DNA of 64,000 nt from a virus, in IMG/VR virus record IMGVR_UViG_3300047678_000239, positions 1-64,000 of that record. The stretch is one strand, 5' to 3'. Position numbers and translations under genes: made by a program. Below the pieces are notes generated by a model, which saw only the letters and a program-made list of their open reading frames with translations, made no database searches and was not told where the DNA came from. Every line of letters begins with the position of its first letter. The stretch's first letter is position 1. Positions 10,301-18,784 of the stretch are shown here, piece after piece.

Positions 10301-13234
10301 GCTGAACGATGATGAGTAAGCCTGTGCATTAATTGCAAACGATGCTGTTCCAAACAAACTACCAGTAATTTGTGAGCCGCTAATGATGGAAGCGGTGATT
10401 TGAGTCGAGCTGATAGAGCTAGATAATGCAATTAATCTATTGGAGAATGAAGCCGATGCCACAACCAAATTTGTTAGTCCAGCTCCAGCAGACGCTGATA
10501 GAGTATTAACGGTTGTGTTAAATGACGAGCTATTGGACGTATCGGTTAAACTAAAAGATGCACTTGTGGCGGTATAGCTGGTGCTAAATGATGACGAGTA
10601 AGTTTGAGCGTTAACGGCGAAGGACGCAGTTCCAAAGAATGAACCGGTAATCTGTGAACCGCTGATGATTGATGCGGTTATCTGGGTCGTATTGATTGAC
10701 GAAGAAATGGAGCCTATTCTATTGGAGAATGAGGCTGAAGCTAAAATCAAATTTGTCAATCCTGCTCCAGCAGACGCGGACAGAGCATTGATGGTAGTCG
10801 TAAATGACGCGCTCGTTACTGTATCACTTGTAGAGAATGAACTTGAATATGCTTGAGCGTTTGAAGCAAATGAGGAGGTTCCAAATAAACTTCCGGTAAT
10901 CTGCGAACCGCTTATTATCGACGCAGTAATTTGGGTTGAGCTAAACGAAGATGATAGGGCTACAAGTCTATTGGAGAATGAACCAGAAGATACAACAAGA
11001 TTGGTCAATCCAGCCCCAGCAGAGGAAGATAGTGCATTTATTGTGGTGGTAAACGATGCGCTATTTGCTGTGTCGGACAATGCAAATGAACTCGAATAAG
11101 ACTGAGCGTTAACTGCAAATGAAGCAGTTCCAAACAAACTACCAGTAATTTGGGAACCACTGATAATTGAAGCCGTTATTTGGGTTGTATTGAGAGACGA
11201 ACTTAAAGATGACAGTCTGTTAGAAAAAGATGCCGACGCAACTACAAGATTAGTCAATCCAGCACCAGACGAAGCGGATAGAGAATTGATGGTCGTGGTG
11301 AAGGAAGCGCTCGTAGCGGTGTCGCTTGTAGAGAATGAACTCGAATAAGATTGAGCGTTCTGAGAAAAAGAGGACGTTCCAAACAAACTACCGGTAATTT
11401 GAGAACCACTGATAATCGACGCAGTTATTTGGGTGGAGTTAAAAGAACTCGACAGAGCAATCAATCTGTTTGAAAATGATGCCGAAGATACAACAAACGA
11501 AGACGACAGAGCCAAAAGACTGGAACTTACAGCCGTATTATTGGTTGATATGGAATTTATCGTTGTTGTAAACGCCGCACTTACAGCCGTATCTGTAGCA
11601 GATAGAGAGGATGAATATGATTGAGCATTGACAGAGAATGAAGCCGTTCCAAACAACGAACCAGTAATTTGTGAGCCGCTAATGATGGAAGCGGTTATCT
11701 GGGTCGTGTTTAGAGAACTCGATAGAGCCACCAACCTATTAGAAAATGAAGCAGATGAAGCTATGAAAGACGAGGAGACGGCTAGTCCAGATACTATGTC
11801 AGCTTGATTAGATGCAGATAGAGCAGACAAAGAGCTTGATATAGGAGATACCGAAGAACTTAATGATTGTAAAGATGAAGATACCAACATCAAACTAGAG
11901 CTACTTGCGTTTGATGTGATTGAAAGACCCGTTATTGTTGAGGTGAACGAAGCACTGAGGACTGAGTTAGTTAAGCTGAATGACGCGGAATAATCGACTG
12001 CGTTTTGAGAGTATGAAGCAGTTCCTTTCAAACTTCCTGTAAATTGAGGAGCATTTACGATGGATGCTGTAATTTCTCCTGTTTGAATGGAAGATGCTGT
12101 TATGTTTCCAAGTGTAAGAGTTATAGCTGGAGTGGTGGATGGATTTGCTACCACACCACTTATTCCGTTTGCTGTAGTGACGCTTACATTTGTTACGGAA
12201 CCTCCTGTTACTGGAGCCCAAGATGCCGATATGGCATTAACTGCATTTACAGCCCACGAAGCTGTTCCAAATAAAGAACCCGTCGGAGACAAGCCGCTTG
12301 GTGGAGCCCAAGACGCACTAACAGAATTTAAAGCCCAACTTGCTGTTCCATTGACTGGGCCATTTACTGTCAGTGAACCGGTAATGATTACGGAACCAGT
12401 TAGTTCTTGAACATTTGATAAATCACTACCAAATTTATTGCTACCGCTACTATAAATAACCGACGAAGACAGTGTTGTTACAACCAACAATCCAACATTT
12501 ATAGCTGAAGCGGTTATTTGACCAAATACAACTTTATCGTTGGTAGTAAATTGAGCAGATGAAGAAATCAAACCTGGCTTATTCACTACGTTTGAATAAT
12601 CTACATACGAAGCAGTTTTAGTAAATTGAGAAAAAGAAGATGATATGGACGTATCTGAAGCAGACGCGGACTTAGCATATTGAGAAAACGAAGAAGATAT
12701 GGATGTGTCCGAAACCGACGAAGACTTAGCATACTGTGAAAATGAAGATGAATTTGAGTTTCCAGCAAAAGATGATGACAAACTCAAAGAAGCGTAATCG
12801 GTGTTTGTGGTATAAGACGCCGTTTGGGAGAATGTCGAATTGTTTGCTGATAGAGCAAATGAGGCTGTAGAAACGTATGAGGCTGTAGCGGCTCTTAATG
12901 CGAACGATGCCGTATTGGCCATGTTGGCCGAAGAAGCGGTTACAGCATAACTGGCCGATATTGTTCTTTGTGAAAAACTAGAGCTTATCGAATATGAAGC
13001 AGATAGTGCTGTTCCGGCGCTCAATGCGTATGATGATGTAGCGACATTCTCAGCATTGGCAGCATACGAAGCAGAAATAACAGATACGCCCGGTGGAAGA
13101 ATGGTAGAACCAACCAAGTGACCACTTGAATTTGTTTGTAAAATCAGGTTACTTCCACTGATATATACTTCAGTCCACGCACTGCCTGTGTCGTTTCTCT
13201 GAATTATAAAAACTGATTTAGGGTCTAGAGCCAT
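4325..13234 (-). CDS. Giant Ser/Thr/Ala-rich tail fibre (2969 aa) with internal LamG-like domain and C-terminal chaperone-like domain
   Basis: Repeated QITASIISGSQITGSLFGTASFA knobs; VGIGTSNP..KLEVNG fibre motif; C-terminal KSFVIKHP...EGPE domain typical of phage fibre ends; follows tail-completion genes. Confidence 0.75.
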   Translation of the reverse strand: MALDPKSVFIIQRNDTGSAWTEVYISGSNLILQTNSSGHLVGSTILPPGVSVISASYAANAENVATSSYALSAGTALSASYSISSSFSQRTISASYAVTASSANMANTASFALRAATASYVSTASFALSANNSTFSQTASYTTNTDYASLSLSSSFAGNSNSSSFSQYAKSSSVSDTSISSSFSQYAKSASASDTSISSSFSQFTKTASYVDYSNVVNKPGLISSSAQFTTNDKVVFGQITASAINVGLLVVTTLSSSVIYSSGSNKFGSDLSNVQELTGSVIITGSLTVNGPVNGTASWALNSVSASWAPPSGLSPTGSLFGTASWAVNAVNAISASWAPVTGGSVTNVSVTTANGISGVVANPSTTPAITLTLGNITASSIQTGEITASIVNAPQFTGSLKGTASYSQNAVDYSASFSLTNSVLSASFTSTITGLSITSNASSSSLMLVSSSLQSLSSSVSPISSSLSALSASNQADIVSGLAVSSSFIASSASFSNRLVALSSSLNTTQITASIISGSQITGSLFGTASFSVNAQSYSSSLSATDTAVSAAFTTTINSISTNNTAVSSSLLALSSSFVVSSASFSNRLIALSSSFNSTQITASIISGSQITGSLFGTSSFSQNAQSYSSSFSTSDTATSASFTTTINSLSASSGAGLTNLVVASASFSNRLSSLSSSLNTTQITASIISGSQITGSLFGTASFAVNAQSYSSSFALSDTANSASFTTTINALSSSAGAGLTNLVVSSGSFSNRLVALSSSFSSTQITASIISGSQITGSLFGTSSFASNAQAYSSSFSTSDTVTSASFTTTINALSASAGAGLTNLILASASFSNRIGSISSSINTTQITASIISGSQITGSFFGTASFAVNAQTYSSSFSTSYTATSASFSLTDTSNSSSFNTTVNTLSASAGAGLTNLVVASASFSNRLIALSSSISSTQITASIISGSQITGSLFGTASFAINAQAYSSSFSTSDTATSGAFTSTINTLTAAVGTNSSSLLAASSSLITLSGSVQALSASNQADISMTLVVSSSLLSVSSSFIVASASLSQRLVALSSSFNSTQITGSIISGSQITGSLFGTASFAINAQSYSSSLSISYTANSASFTTTINALSASAGAGLTNLVAASASFSNRLVALSGSFRSSQITASAFNFSGSATSSIRLEVLPDGSLVFIGAAGALFGISDSLSGSLSSINDVSGLPIFEVFSDDKVVMGKFGTNALVVSGSQVGVGKSPQSGVLDVSGSLILTGSLSVTQNITASIISGSQITGSLFGTASFATNAQTYSSSLSVTDTAVSAAFTVTINALSSSNTNISSSFVALSSSYVASSASFSTRIFVDSGSLLALSSSFQIASASFTVKELADSSSLLAVSSSYIASSASFSNRLVSLSSSFNSSQITASVITASNAILTALTSSGNNVFGTSLLNRHQFTGSVAVTGSIAVSGSVSATEVRVNGVSVAAIRNPLSPRTGVVFERTTAYLRSTLSGITIGTGDCSLSFVAKVPISPPDSNAGWGLYMGPSNVANAGASSLYTYLDTSGGLVVAKRNSADVFQNVGTISNFVSSNAGKVVHFSLVRTSGSWCGYIDAVPSFTSSVAVTESIDNTYLICNTIESVYGNFTLYCASLYNCALNSDAVREIFELGGEVPDRFKWADTGSNRIADSAKDSVFTSATTNWSGFGAGGSASVDFGAQELDVMAPTAGSGIRLSAGGTYTLLPHFKSYRIRATLRNVSGGTVSVVNTSGGIVQNTFGSGFGNGNIDIVGNNWTPGANNGLQLGFTLSASGSFSIDDIILTEVGALVHLPLNDNGGTIARDSSPNVYDAAAIGSPRWTDPRKYFIVGEVGNYTQISGSAITSSFASITQITGSVFGTSSWANRAVTASFAILPTNVVSSSAQLSNNGEVAFGSGNNVTFGQVTASVMNVGTLIVTTISSSVNYSSGSNRFGNSQANAHEFTGSVSITGSLTVTNGITGTASFATNAQTYSSSFATTVNALSASNQADIALSLGVSSSLLTVSASYVASSASFSTRTTNLVADSASFSGRTTTLEVASGSLSTRVTNLVADSASFSTRLVTLSSSLSTSDTANSASFTTTITALSASNQADIALSLSVSSSLLAVSSSFVVSSGSFSNRLVALSSSFGTSQLTAQNAVITAPSVSTLATAAVILGGSYGGAVVFNDGNYGNINVRNIGTTMDFSVSQSLSSTFTTGGNALRLGLVSSLFPSGTPSTSATVAALVVSGGFSTGLNVTVGTSVTASSANIPQVTGSLFGTASFATNALAYSSSFSTSNTSTSASFNTTISTLSSSISSRLPPNIVSSSAQLSNGGGIPFNSTNNITLGQITASIISGSQVTGSFFGTASFAQNAQTYSSSFSTSNTTDSASFTSTINALSASAGIGLTNLIVSSASFSNRLVALSSSFNSTQITGSFINVGQLTSSFGNLGKITASGVNIVSGPLSFNNGQTMFSSSGTQLSYYALGAGTGSRVLFDSSGTWMGIIRISRVSNGAMSDVIQGSLMDGSTDGMALSYQGGNQASIEIGSDLIRFNTLTATTPRATITSTGASFIVPITSSFINSTQITGSLYGTASFVAISGLPANLVSSSAQLSNGGGVAFTSANNLTVGQITGSSVTLSGTITGSTLYLSSGLISLVGGNSQIISTGNLFLDSAVGADVTLRSPSARKIIFQPGGGSPVGLVDANGLQITGSAIISSNTFHGTSLANVHQFSGSVSISSSLNVLSNFTASLATISTQLTSSAIQVGSGHIDIGSNTLGQSLGNTFSYGGNTFRNYGQTWYSDTPLGGTTLGISSFWGIRLFTNQIPQITISGSGTVSISGSVGIGTSNPAYKLEVNGSFAATSKSFVIKHPTKPNKKLQHGVVEGPEHSVYIRGRLDGKEIIEFPEYWSKLVDFSTITVQLTPIGYYQKLIVKKIDKTGILVENTNLINKYVECFYYVQAERVDIPKMEVEV
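9598..9727. repeat. Direct repeat, copy 2 (copy 1 at 1..130)
   Basis: Near-identical to 1..130. Confidence 0.95.
9950..11730 (-). repeat. Seven tandem ~85-110-codon repeats inside the 2969-aa fibre gene
   Basis: SASFSNRL..LSSS.NSTQITASIISGSQITGSLFGTASFA.NAQ.YSSS recurs seven times here, with further dispersed copies. Confidence 0.85.
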
Positions 13235-13246
13235 ATATCATAAGTA

Positions 13247-13939
13247 TCAAAAGATGGTCATTTTAGAGGGATTGAAATAGACCAACGGCGCCCTTTTCCA
13301 ACTCGACACTCTGATATAAAAGAACTCTGAGTCATATGATTGTTCTCCATAAAGACCACCATCATTTATCGTGGCTGGCGGCGGAGTTTTTCTAGGAGCA
13401 TCTACAAACGGCAAATTTGAATACCAATATGGAACTTCTCCTGTGTCAGCTTCTCCGTTTCCGAAAATAGCGATTGGTGTTCTATACCACAATCCTCCGG
13501 TTTTAGCATAAAAATAGTTCTCATCTAAACTTCTATCTCCATTAATTCCAACTGGGTCATTGGTATTGGTCGGAGCTGGAAATATCCACGAAAACACTCT
13601 TGTTTCTTGTTTTTCAAGAAACACATCAATGTCATATGCGTAGAACTTCCAATCTGTTTTTGGATGAACTACTTCATATTCATCAATAAAACCATCGCTG
13701 TTCTTAATCCAAAGCTCCATTTCTTGCTCAAACAAAATGAGCTTATTATCTGGAGGCCTTGGTAAAATTACTGTCTTATATGGAAGCTTTATCCAAGTCC
13801 CATACAAATCACCACTTGTATTTAGCCAAAAGTCATTTCCTTTACGGAAAAACCAACCATTTGCAGGAGACTCAATGATGTTCTCAGGGTTAGTTTTTGT
13901 GTAAAGAAATTGCTCATTATAATCTGAAACCCGTGACAT
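13247..13939 (-). CDS. Virion/tail-associated protein with internal D..YFY....W.R repeats
   Basis: DENYFYAKTGGLWYR and DSEFFYIRVSSWKR repeats; similar to the neighbouring 91-aa ORF. Confidence 0.6.
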   Translation of the reverse strand: MSRVSDYNEQFLYTKTNPENIIESPANGWFFRKGNDFWLNTSGDLYGTWIKLPYKTVILPRPPDNKLILFEQEMELWIKNSDGFIDEYEVVHPKTDWKFYAYDIDVFLEKQETRVFSWIFPAPTNTNDPVGINGDRSLDENYFYAKTGGLWYRTPIAIFGNGEADTGEVPYWYSNLPFVDAPRKTPPPATINDGGLYGEQSYDSEFFYIRVSSWKRAPLVYFNPSKMTIF

Positions 13940-13940
13940 T

Positions 13941-14216
13941 TTAGAATAGTGAACCTAAACTTATTCTACGCCATTTTGAGTTCGTATAAACGTAAAAATA
14001 ATTGGAATCCACAGCCATTGCTCCTTGCGACCCAGCATCATTTGATGTAGCTGGAGCTGTGCTGTATAAAGAACGTGTCACGAATGCAGCCATATTCGCA
14101 GATGAAATCTTTGTGTTAGTGGTTCCGGATGAACCAGAGTCAACTCCTATAAAAAAGCTTCCGGTGGAAGGATTTGAAATAGTCGAAAACAGAGACATTT
14201 TTAATGGCGTAGACAT
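13941..14216 (-). CDS. Small tail-associated protein
   Basis: APATSNDAGSQGAMAVDSNYFYVYTNSKWRR motif; upstream ATATTTAT. Confidence 0.65.
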   Translation of the reverse strand: MSTPLKMSLFSTISNPSTGSFFIGVDSGSSGTTNTKISSANMAAFVTRSLYSTAPATSNDAGSQGAMAVDSNYFYVYTNSKWRRISLGSLF

Positions 14217-14240
14217 GGTATTGAATAAATATAAGGGTCT

Positions 14241-15134
14241 TTACACTAAGTTATTTGAATTTGATGAAAAAGCGGAGGCAGTTAGGTCTGATTCTAGTTT
14301 CTGAGTATTTCCTATGGATTGAAAATCTCCACTAGCTTCCACTCCAAACACAACCTTTCTTGGTGTAAATGCCTTCTGAGTGGTTTGTTTGTGATTAGCA
14401 AATTTCTCAGGAAGAAGATACGCATAAACCATCATAGAGAATTCAGCTTTAACCATTCTATCAGAATCCGCTGCAACTTCAGTTTGAAAATTGTAATCTG
14501 AAATAGACGTTCTAAACTTGAACTTATGTTTATCTCCCCAATAATCTTCAGTGGCAAAGTTGATAGATTCAACCACTCCATTCAATTGTTCTATGAGGTC
14601 TGTCCAAACAACGAAATCATAATTGACAATAATGTGGTCTGGTGCTGTAACCGTATACATTTCTTTAACTGGAGAAAATCCAAGCATAGCTCCAAATCGG
14701 TCATACTTATTCTTTTCAGAAAATTTCTTTGTGGTAGGATATGACAAATAACGATTCAATGTTATTAAGTTGTCATTTCTTTGCATTGTTGTTCTTCTTA
14801 AAGCGATAGCTGGTAATTGAATCTTTCCATTTTTGTCTCTTAGGTATCCATCCTTTCTGATAGCTTTCCAGCGTTCTGGAGAAGCATAATTAATTGGAAC
14901 TTTAACGGACTGGCCGTTGTCTACAATCTGTGGATTGACTACTGTGTCGAGATAGTTAACAATGGTTTCATCTACGTCGATTAGAGTAACGGCAAAATTC
15001 TTTATCTTGTCAGTGTCTCTACGAACGTCATATGCACGGTCATTTATCTTCAACGCATCAGACATTTCTGGTCCAGAACTTATTCTATTTGGAACAGGAT
15101 TGCTTATAGGTTTGATTGGGCCACGCCATGCCAT
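14241..15134 (-). CDS. gp15: Tail terminator / sheath stabiliser (T4 gp15-like)
   Basis: KVPINYASPERW, LPAIAL motifs; follows gp13/gp14-like genes. Confidence 0.65.
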   Translation of the reverse strand: MAWRGPIKPISNPVPNRISSGPEMSDALKINDRAYDVRRDTDKIKNFAVTLIDVDETIVNYLDTVVNPQIVDNGQSVKVPINYASPERWKAIRKDGYLRDKNGKIQLPAIALRRTTMQRNDNLITLNRYLSYPTTKKFSEKNKYDRFGAMLGFSPVKEMYTVTAPDHIIVNYDFVVWTDLIEQLNGVVESINFATEDYWGDKHKFKFRTSISDYNFQTEVAADSDRMVKAEFSMMVYAYLLPEKFANHKQTTQKAFTPRKVVFGVEASGDFQSIGNTQKLESDLTASAFSSNSNNLV

Positions 15135-15137
15135 AAA

Positions 15138-15608
15138 TTATGATGGGTTTCTTTTAACAATGTTGAGAGAACTGTTCTTTGTGTAATGTGTATTCACTAT
15201 GATTGAGTGTGATTTTTCAGCTTGTCCGCCCAAGAGTTGTTCCTGAACAACGTTGTCCACTTCATAATATCTATCATTCCAAAACACAATGTCACCAATT
15301 TCTGGATAAAAATTCAAATCCTTGCAAGCTTTTTCTCTTAACTTGAAAATGTGGGTCTGACTTCTACTTGGGCCAAAATCATCGTAATCCGCACCCATTT
15401 CAGGTCTTTCAGTTAAAGTCGAAATCATGATGGCTGGCTCATACCATTTTCCAGTGGCTGCGGATGCTTCTCCGTAAATGTTAGTTATGGTTTGCTCAGG
15501 ACAGATTTTAAAAATTTCAATTAAATTTTCGATAATATCTCCCATCAATTCTGCGTTGATAGAGCCTACCAATCTTAAATCTCTTGGTGAATAATATCTA
15601 CCTTTCAT
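15138..15608 (-). CDS. gp14: Head closure / neck protein (T4 gp14-like)
   Basis: NIYGEA, PEIGDIVFW..RYYEV motifs; gene order. Confidence 0.65.
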   Translation of the reverse strand: MKGRYYSPRDLRLVGSINAELMGDIIENLIEIFKICPEQTITNIYGEASAATGKWYEPAIMISTLTERPEMGADYDDFGPSRSQTHIFKLREKACKDLNFYPEIGDIVFWNDRYYEVDNVVQEQLLGGQAEKSHSIIVNTHYTKNSSLNIVKRNPS

Positions 15609-16027
15609 AGTTTTCCTTCAATCAATAGTTTGAGTTGTGTAGATGTTATCGGTTCTTCTTCCCGAATCCTGTAGAGTGTGATACCGTAGTCTTTTGCATA
15701 TTTGTTTTTTAGTTTATCGACTTTAAAGCTCTTTTTTTGGTGATTGTAAACTGCCTCTTCTTCTGTTTTTGGGTGCCAGAAAGTTCCATCAAACTCAAGA
15801 AGAACATTGTATTTTGGAAGATATGCGTCATAAAATCTTCCACACAAAGGGTATTGTGGAACGAATTCAATTTTAAGCTCTGTCAACATATTATAGTAAT
15901 GAATTTCCAGAGCGGTGAAGGCTTGTGGTGGATTCAATATTTTCTTTATACCAACGTGAGGTAAGAGAGTTCTCTGTTCCTGTGTAAGTATGTTGAAAAA
16001 TATAGAACGTGATGCTAAAGAAATCAT
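15605..16027 (-). CDS. Vsr/DUF559-like PD-(D/E)xK endonuclease, free-standing
   Basis: QYPL..FYDAY..LLEFDGTFWH..DKLKN..A..GITLYRIRE motif series. Confidence 0.75.
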   Translation of the reverse strand: MISLASRSIFFNILTQEQRTLLPHVGIKKILNPPQAFTALEIHYYNMLTELKIEFVPQYPLCGRFYDAYLPKYNVLLEFDGTFWHPKTEEEAVYNHQKKSFKVDKLKNKYAKDYGITLYRIREEEPITSTQLKLLIEGKL

Positions 16028-16031
16028 TGAT

Positions 16032-17240
16032 TTACCCCACGTAAATCAACAGAGGAATTTTGTTTAAGGATTCTTGAAGCTGTTGAGCCTCCAAGGCCTT
16101 GTTCTCCATTTGAGTTTTGCGAGAGGTTGCTTCAAGATTTTCTCTCAATTGAGTAACCAAATCAGTCTTTTCTTGGATAGCTTCCTGGCGAAGCTCTCCA
16201 CCATCGAGAGTGACTTCTGCTCCAGGAATTGGAATAGTTTGATACTTTTGACGAATCGAACCGAGAACTTCCTTACACAAGGCAAGGAAATATTTTCTAA
16301 TCCATTGCTTACCAACTTCGTTGATTTTATTGTAAGGAATAATCTCATATGGGACATTGCTATAGTCACCAATTTCAGAGAAGCTTCCCGTATCCGTTCC
16401 TGTTCCGTTCGTGAATACTGCCGAATTTCTATCCGATTCAACGATGTAATCGATATAGACAATCTTATCCATCGTCGGAATTGGGAACAACTTTAATTTG
16501 TTGTTTACAATTTCGAAACTGTATGCTGATTTTCTAACCAAGTCGTTAAACTCAATGGCTTGCATACGAAGCAAATCTTCGAAGATTGGTGTCATCAAAA
16601 ACTGAGTAGCTGGGGAGTAACCAGCAAATCCCATTTCATTTAACACATTTGAATAGCTCATTCCCGTCATTGAGAATGGGTCATAAATACGAGCCGCGGC
16701 CGGCGGAGCGTTGTGGAAGATTCTCTTAACTTCTATTCTTGAACCAGATTCGACCACATTTCCAACCAACGCTTGTAAGTCATAGGTTTGTTGACCATAA
16801 GAAGCAGTAAAGCCGGCTCTCTTCCAATCAACATAACCACCAACACCAACCTCACTTCCATAAGCTTTGCTCAATTGGATAAGGTAAGGAAGACTAGTTC
16901 CTTGAATATTTCTTTGAGTGACAATTGTGGTGGTTGATTGACCTTGTAGCAACGAAATATTGTTACGAATGTTGAATTGATTTACTTGAGCTCCATATTC
17001 CAATGCCGCTTCTTCTAAACAGGCATAGAAGTTATAGTCAATCATTTCAATGTCAGTAATTGGATAACCCAATCTTTTTGCAGCCCAGTCAGCGGCTCTA
17101 GGAGCGTCATAAATGAATTGAGGGTCGGCGTCGAAGAAGCCAAATGGGGTGCTACCACTGCCTGGACCTACAAAAGACCCAGAGCCTGGCCACCTTACTC
17201 TGTCTTGGTCTACGGTGTAATTAATAGAGGGACTTGACAT
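16032..17240 (-). CDS. gp13: Neck / head-tail adaptor protein (T4 gp13-like)
   Basis: RLGYPITDIE and WIRKYFLALCKEVLG..RQKY..IPIPGAEVTLDGGEL motifs. Confidence 0.75.
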   Translation of the reverse strand: MSSPSINYTVDQDRVRWPGSGSFVGPGSGSTPFGFFDADPQFIYDAPRAADWAAKRLGYPITDIEMIDYNFYACLEEAALEYGAQVNQFNIRNNISLLQGQSTTTIVTQRNIQGTSLPYLIQLSKAYGSEVGVGGYVDWKRAGFTASYGQQTYDLQALVGNVVESGSRIEVKRIFHNAPPAAARIYDPFSMTGMSYSNVLNEMGFAGYSPATQFLMTPIFEDLLRMQAIEFNDLVRKSAYSFEIVNNKLKLFPIPTMDKIVYIDYIVESDRNSAVFTNGTGTDTGSFSEIGDYSNVPYEIIPYNKINEVGKQWIRKYFLALCKEVLGSIRQKYQTIPIPGAEVTLDGGELRQEAIQEKTDLVTQLRENLEATSRKTQMENKALEAQQLQESLNKIPLLIYVG

Positions 17241-17298
17241 GCCTATAAATATTGGAACATGGATGATTTACAGTAATTGAATCATATTTATTATACTC

Positions 17299-18153
17299 AT
17301 GGCACATATATTGTTAAAAGACCTCATAAATGAAAACCGAATGGAGTTGCTTGACTTTTACAAAGCTGTAAGAGAGAGATGTCCAGTATCCGTTGAAGGT
17401 TATTTTAATAAACACGGTGCCTACAGAGGGTCTAGGGCTCAAAATGGATATGAAAGATATGACCCAACAAATAGATTTAGAAAATCCAAAGATAGCAATA
17501 ATTTTTCTTTACTGATTACCGATACAATGGATTCTTGGAAAAACATTCCAAGTAGAAGTAAGTCTTTGATATTCACCTGTTATAGAGGAAATGCTGCGGA
17601 TTACGGAACAGTAAATGCTGTTTTCATTGAAGGCGACCCAGTTGTTGGTTGGGGAACCCGTATGGATAATTACGACAATTATAGAGCCGGATTTATACGC
17701 TCAGGAGTCGGTGAACACATCACATCGATTGAAAGCTTTGATACAACTCTCAGCCGAATGTTTTCAACATTGTCTAAATTCTTCAATGTTTCTTATAGCG
17801 ATTGTTATCTCACCGCAGTATCTGACGCACAAGACTTGTTGAAAACTGTCGAATCTTTTGATAAGATGATACAATCAAACGATGTAGAAGGCGCATATCA
17901 ATTATTTGATGAAGGTCATGATTCAAGAAGACATAAATTTTTGCTAAAATTGTTTAAAGAAAAAGGTCTGATGAACGTCATAAATACCGTATATGACGCA
18001 GAGATAAACGAAATAAAGTCAGCCCCTTTATCTGAATTTTTGAAACTGGAAACAAGTTCTGAAGCATGGACTTCTGCTCCATATTACATGGTCGCTGAAC
18101 ACGATGTTTTCAAAGCATATTTAAAGGGAGAACCGAAAGATGATGAATTCTGA
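17299..18153 (+). CDS. Putative ADP-ribosyltransferase-fold protein, probably virion-internal
   Basis: YRG...RSKSLIFT...A.DYG...late E(AW) pattern (R-S-E-like); N-terminal ILLKDLINE tag; paralogue of 18781..19626. Confidence 0.5.
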   Translation: MAHILLKDLINENRMELLDFYKAVRERCPVSVEGYFNKHGAYRGSRAQNGYERYDPTNRFRKSKDSNNFSLLITDTMDSWKNIPSRSKSLIFTCYRGNAADYGTVNAVFIEGDPVVGWGTRMDNYDNYRAGFIRSGVGEHITSIESFDTTLSRMFSTLSKFFNVSYSDCYLTAVSDAQDLLKTVESFDKMIQSNDVEGAYQLFDEGHDSRRHKFLLKLFKEKGLMNVINTVYDAEINEIKSAPLSEFLKLETSSEAWTSAPYYMVAEHDVFKAYLKGEPKDDEF

Positions 18154-18784
18154 TACTTTATTGGAAGGGCCACGCGACCCAAATATTTTTAAAGCTGTGT
18201 TTACCGCTGGAATTCCTGGCAGTGGCAAAACGACTATCGTTAAAAAATTGACAGATGGAAATGGAATGAAAATTGCTAGCTTCGACGCAATTTATGAATT
18301 TCTGTCGTCCAAGGATATTGACCATAAGACCGCTTTGGCTAAATCCGGTCCTATTCTCGATAAACAAATACAAACGTATCTCAACGGACGCTTGGGATTG
18401 ATAATCGACAAGACTTCTTGGGATTATAACCGAATCAGAAATTTAAAGAAAATGTTGGAAAGTCTTGGTTATGAATCATTTATGTTGTATGTAAATACTG
18501 ATTTAAATGTGGCAAAACAGAGAGCATTGGATAGATACAAACAGACCGGCCGCCGTGTTGACCCAGAATACATCGACACAGTATTCAAAAAGTTGAGTAG
18601 AAACATTGGACGCTATCAAGAAGATTTTTCTGATAAATTCGTCATCGTAGATAACACTCAGTCTCAAGACAACCCAGCTTTATTTGAAGAAAATCTCGAA
18701 TTTGCTCAGAGAAAATTAAATAAGTTTCTTCGCAGTCGCCCAACCAATCCGATAGCTACAGATTGGCTTAAACAAAGTGTATGA
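18140..18784 (+). CDS. P-loop kinase (zeta-toxin/AAA_33/polynucleotide-kinase-like)
   Basis: Walker A GIPGSGKT, LIID, R..DR..TGRRV lid; N-terminal LLEG. Confidence 0.8.
   Translation: MMNSDTLLEGPRDPNIFKAVFTAGIPGSGKTTIVKKLTDGNGMKIASFDAIYEFLSSKDIDHKTALAKSGPILDKQIQTYLNGRLGLIIDKTSWDYNRIRNLKKMLESLGYESFMLYVNTDLNVAKQRALDRYKQTGRRVDPEYIDTVFKKLSRNIGRYQEDFSDKFVIVDNTQSQDNPALFEENLEFAQRKLNKFLRSRPTNPIATDWLKQSV

Noticed and set aside
18140-18784. Classical epsilon-zeta toxin-antitoxin pair
   Set aside because: No small upstream antitoxin; flanking genes are ~280-aa paralogues; kinase substrate cannot be read from sequence.
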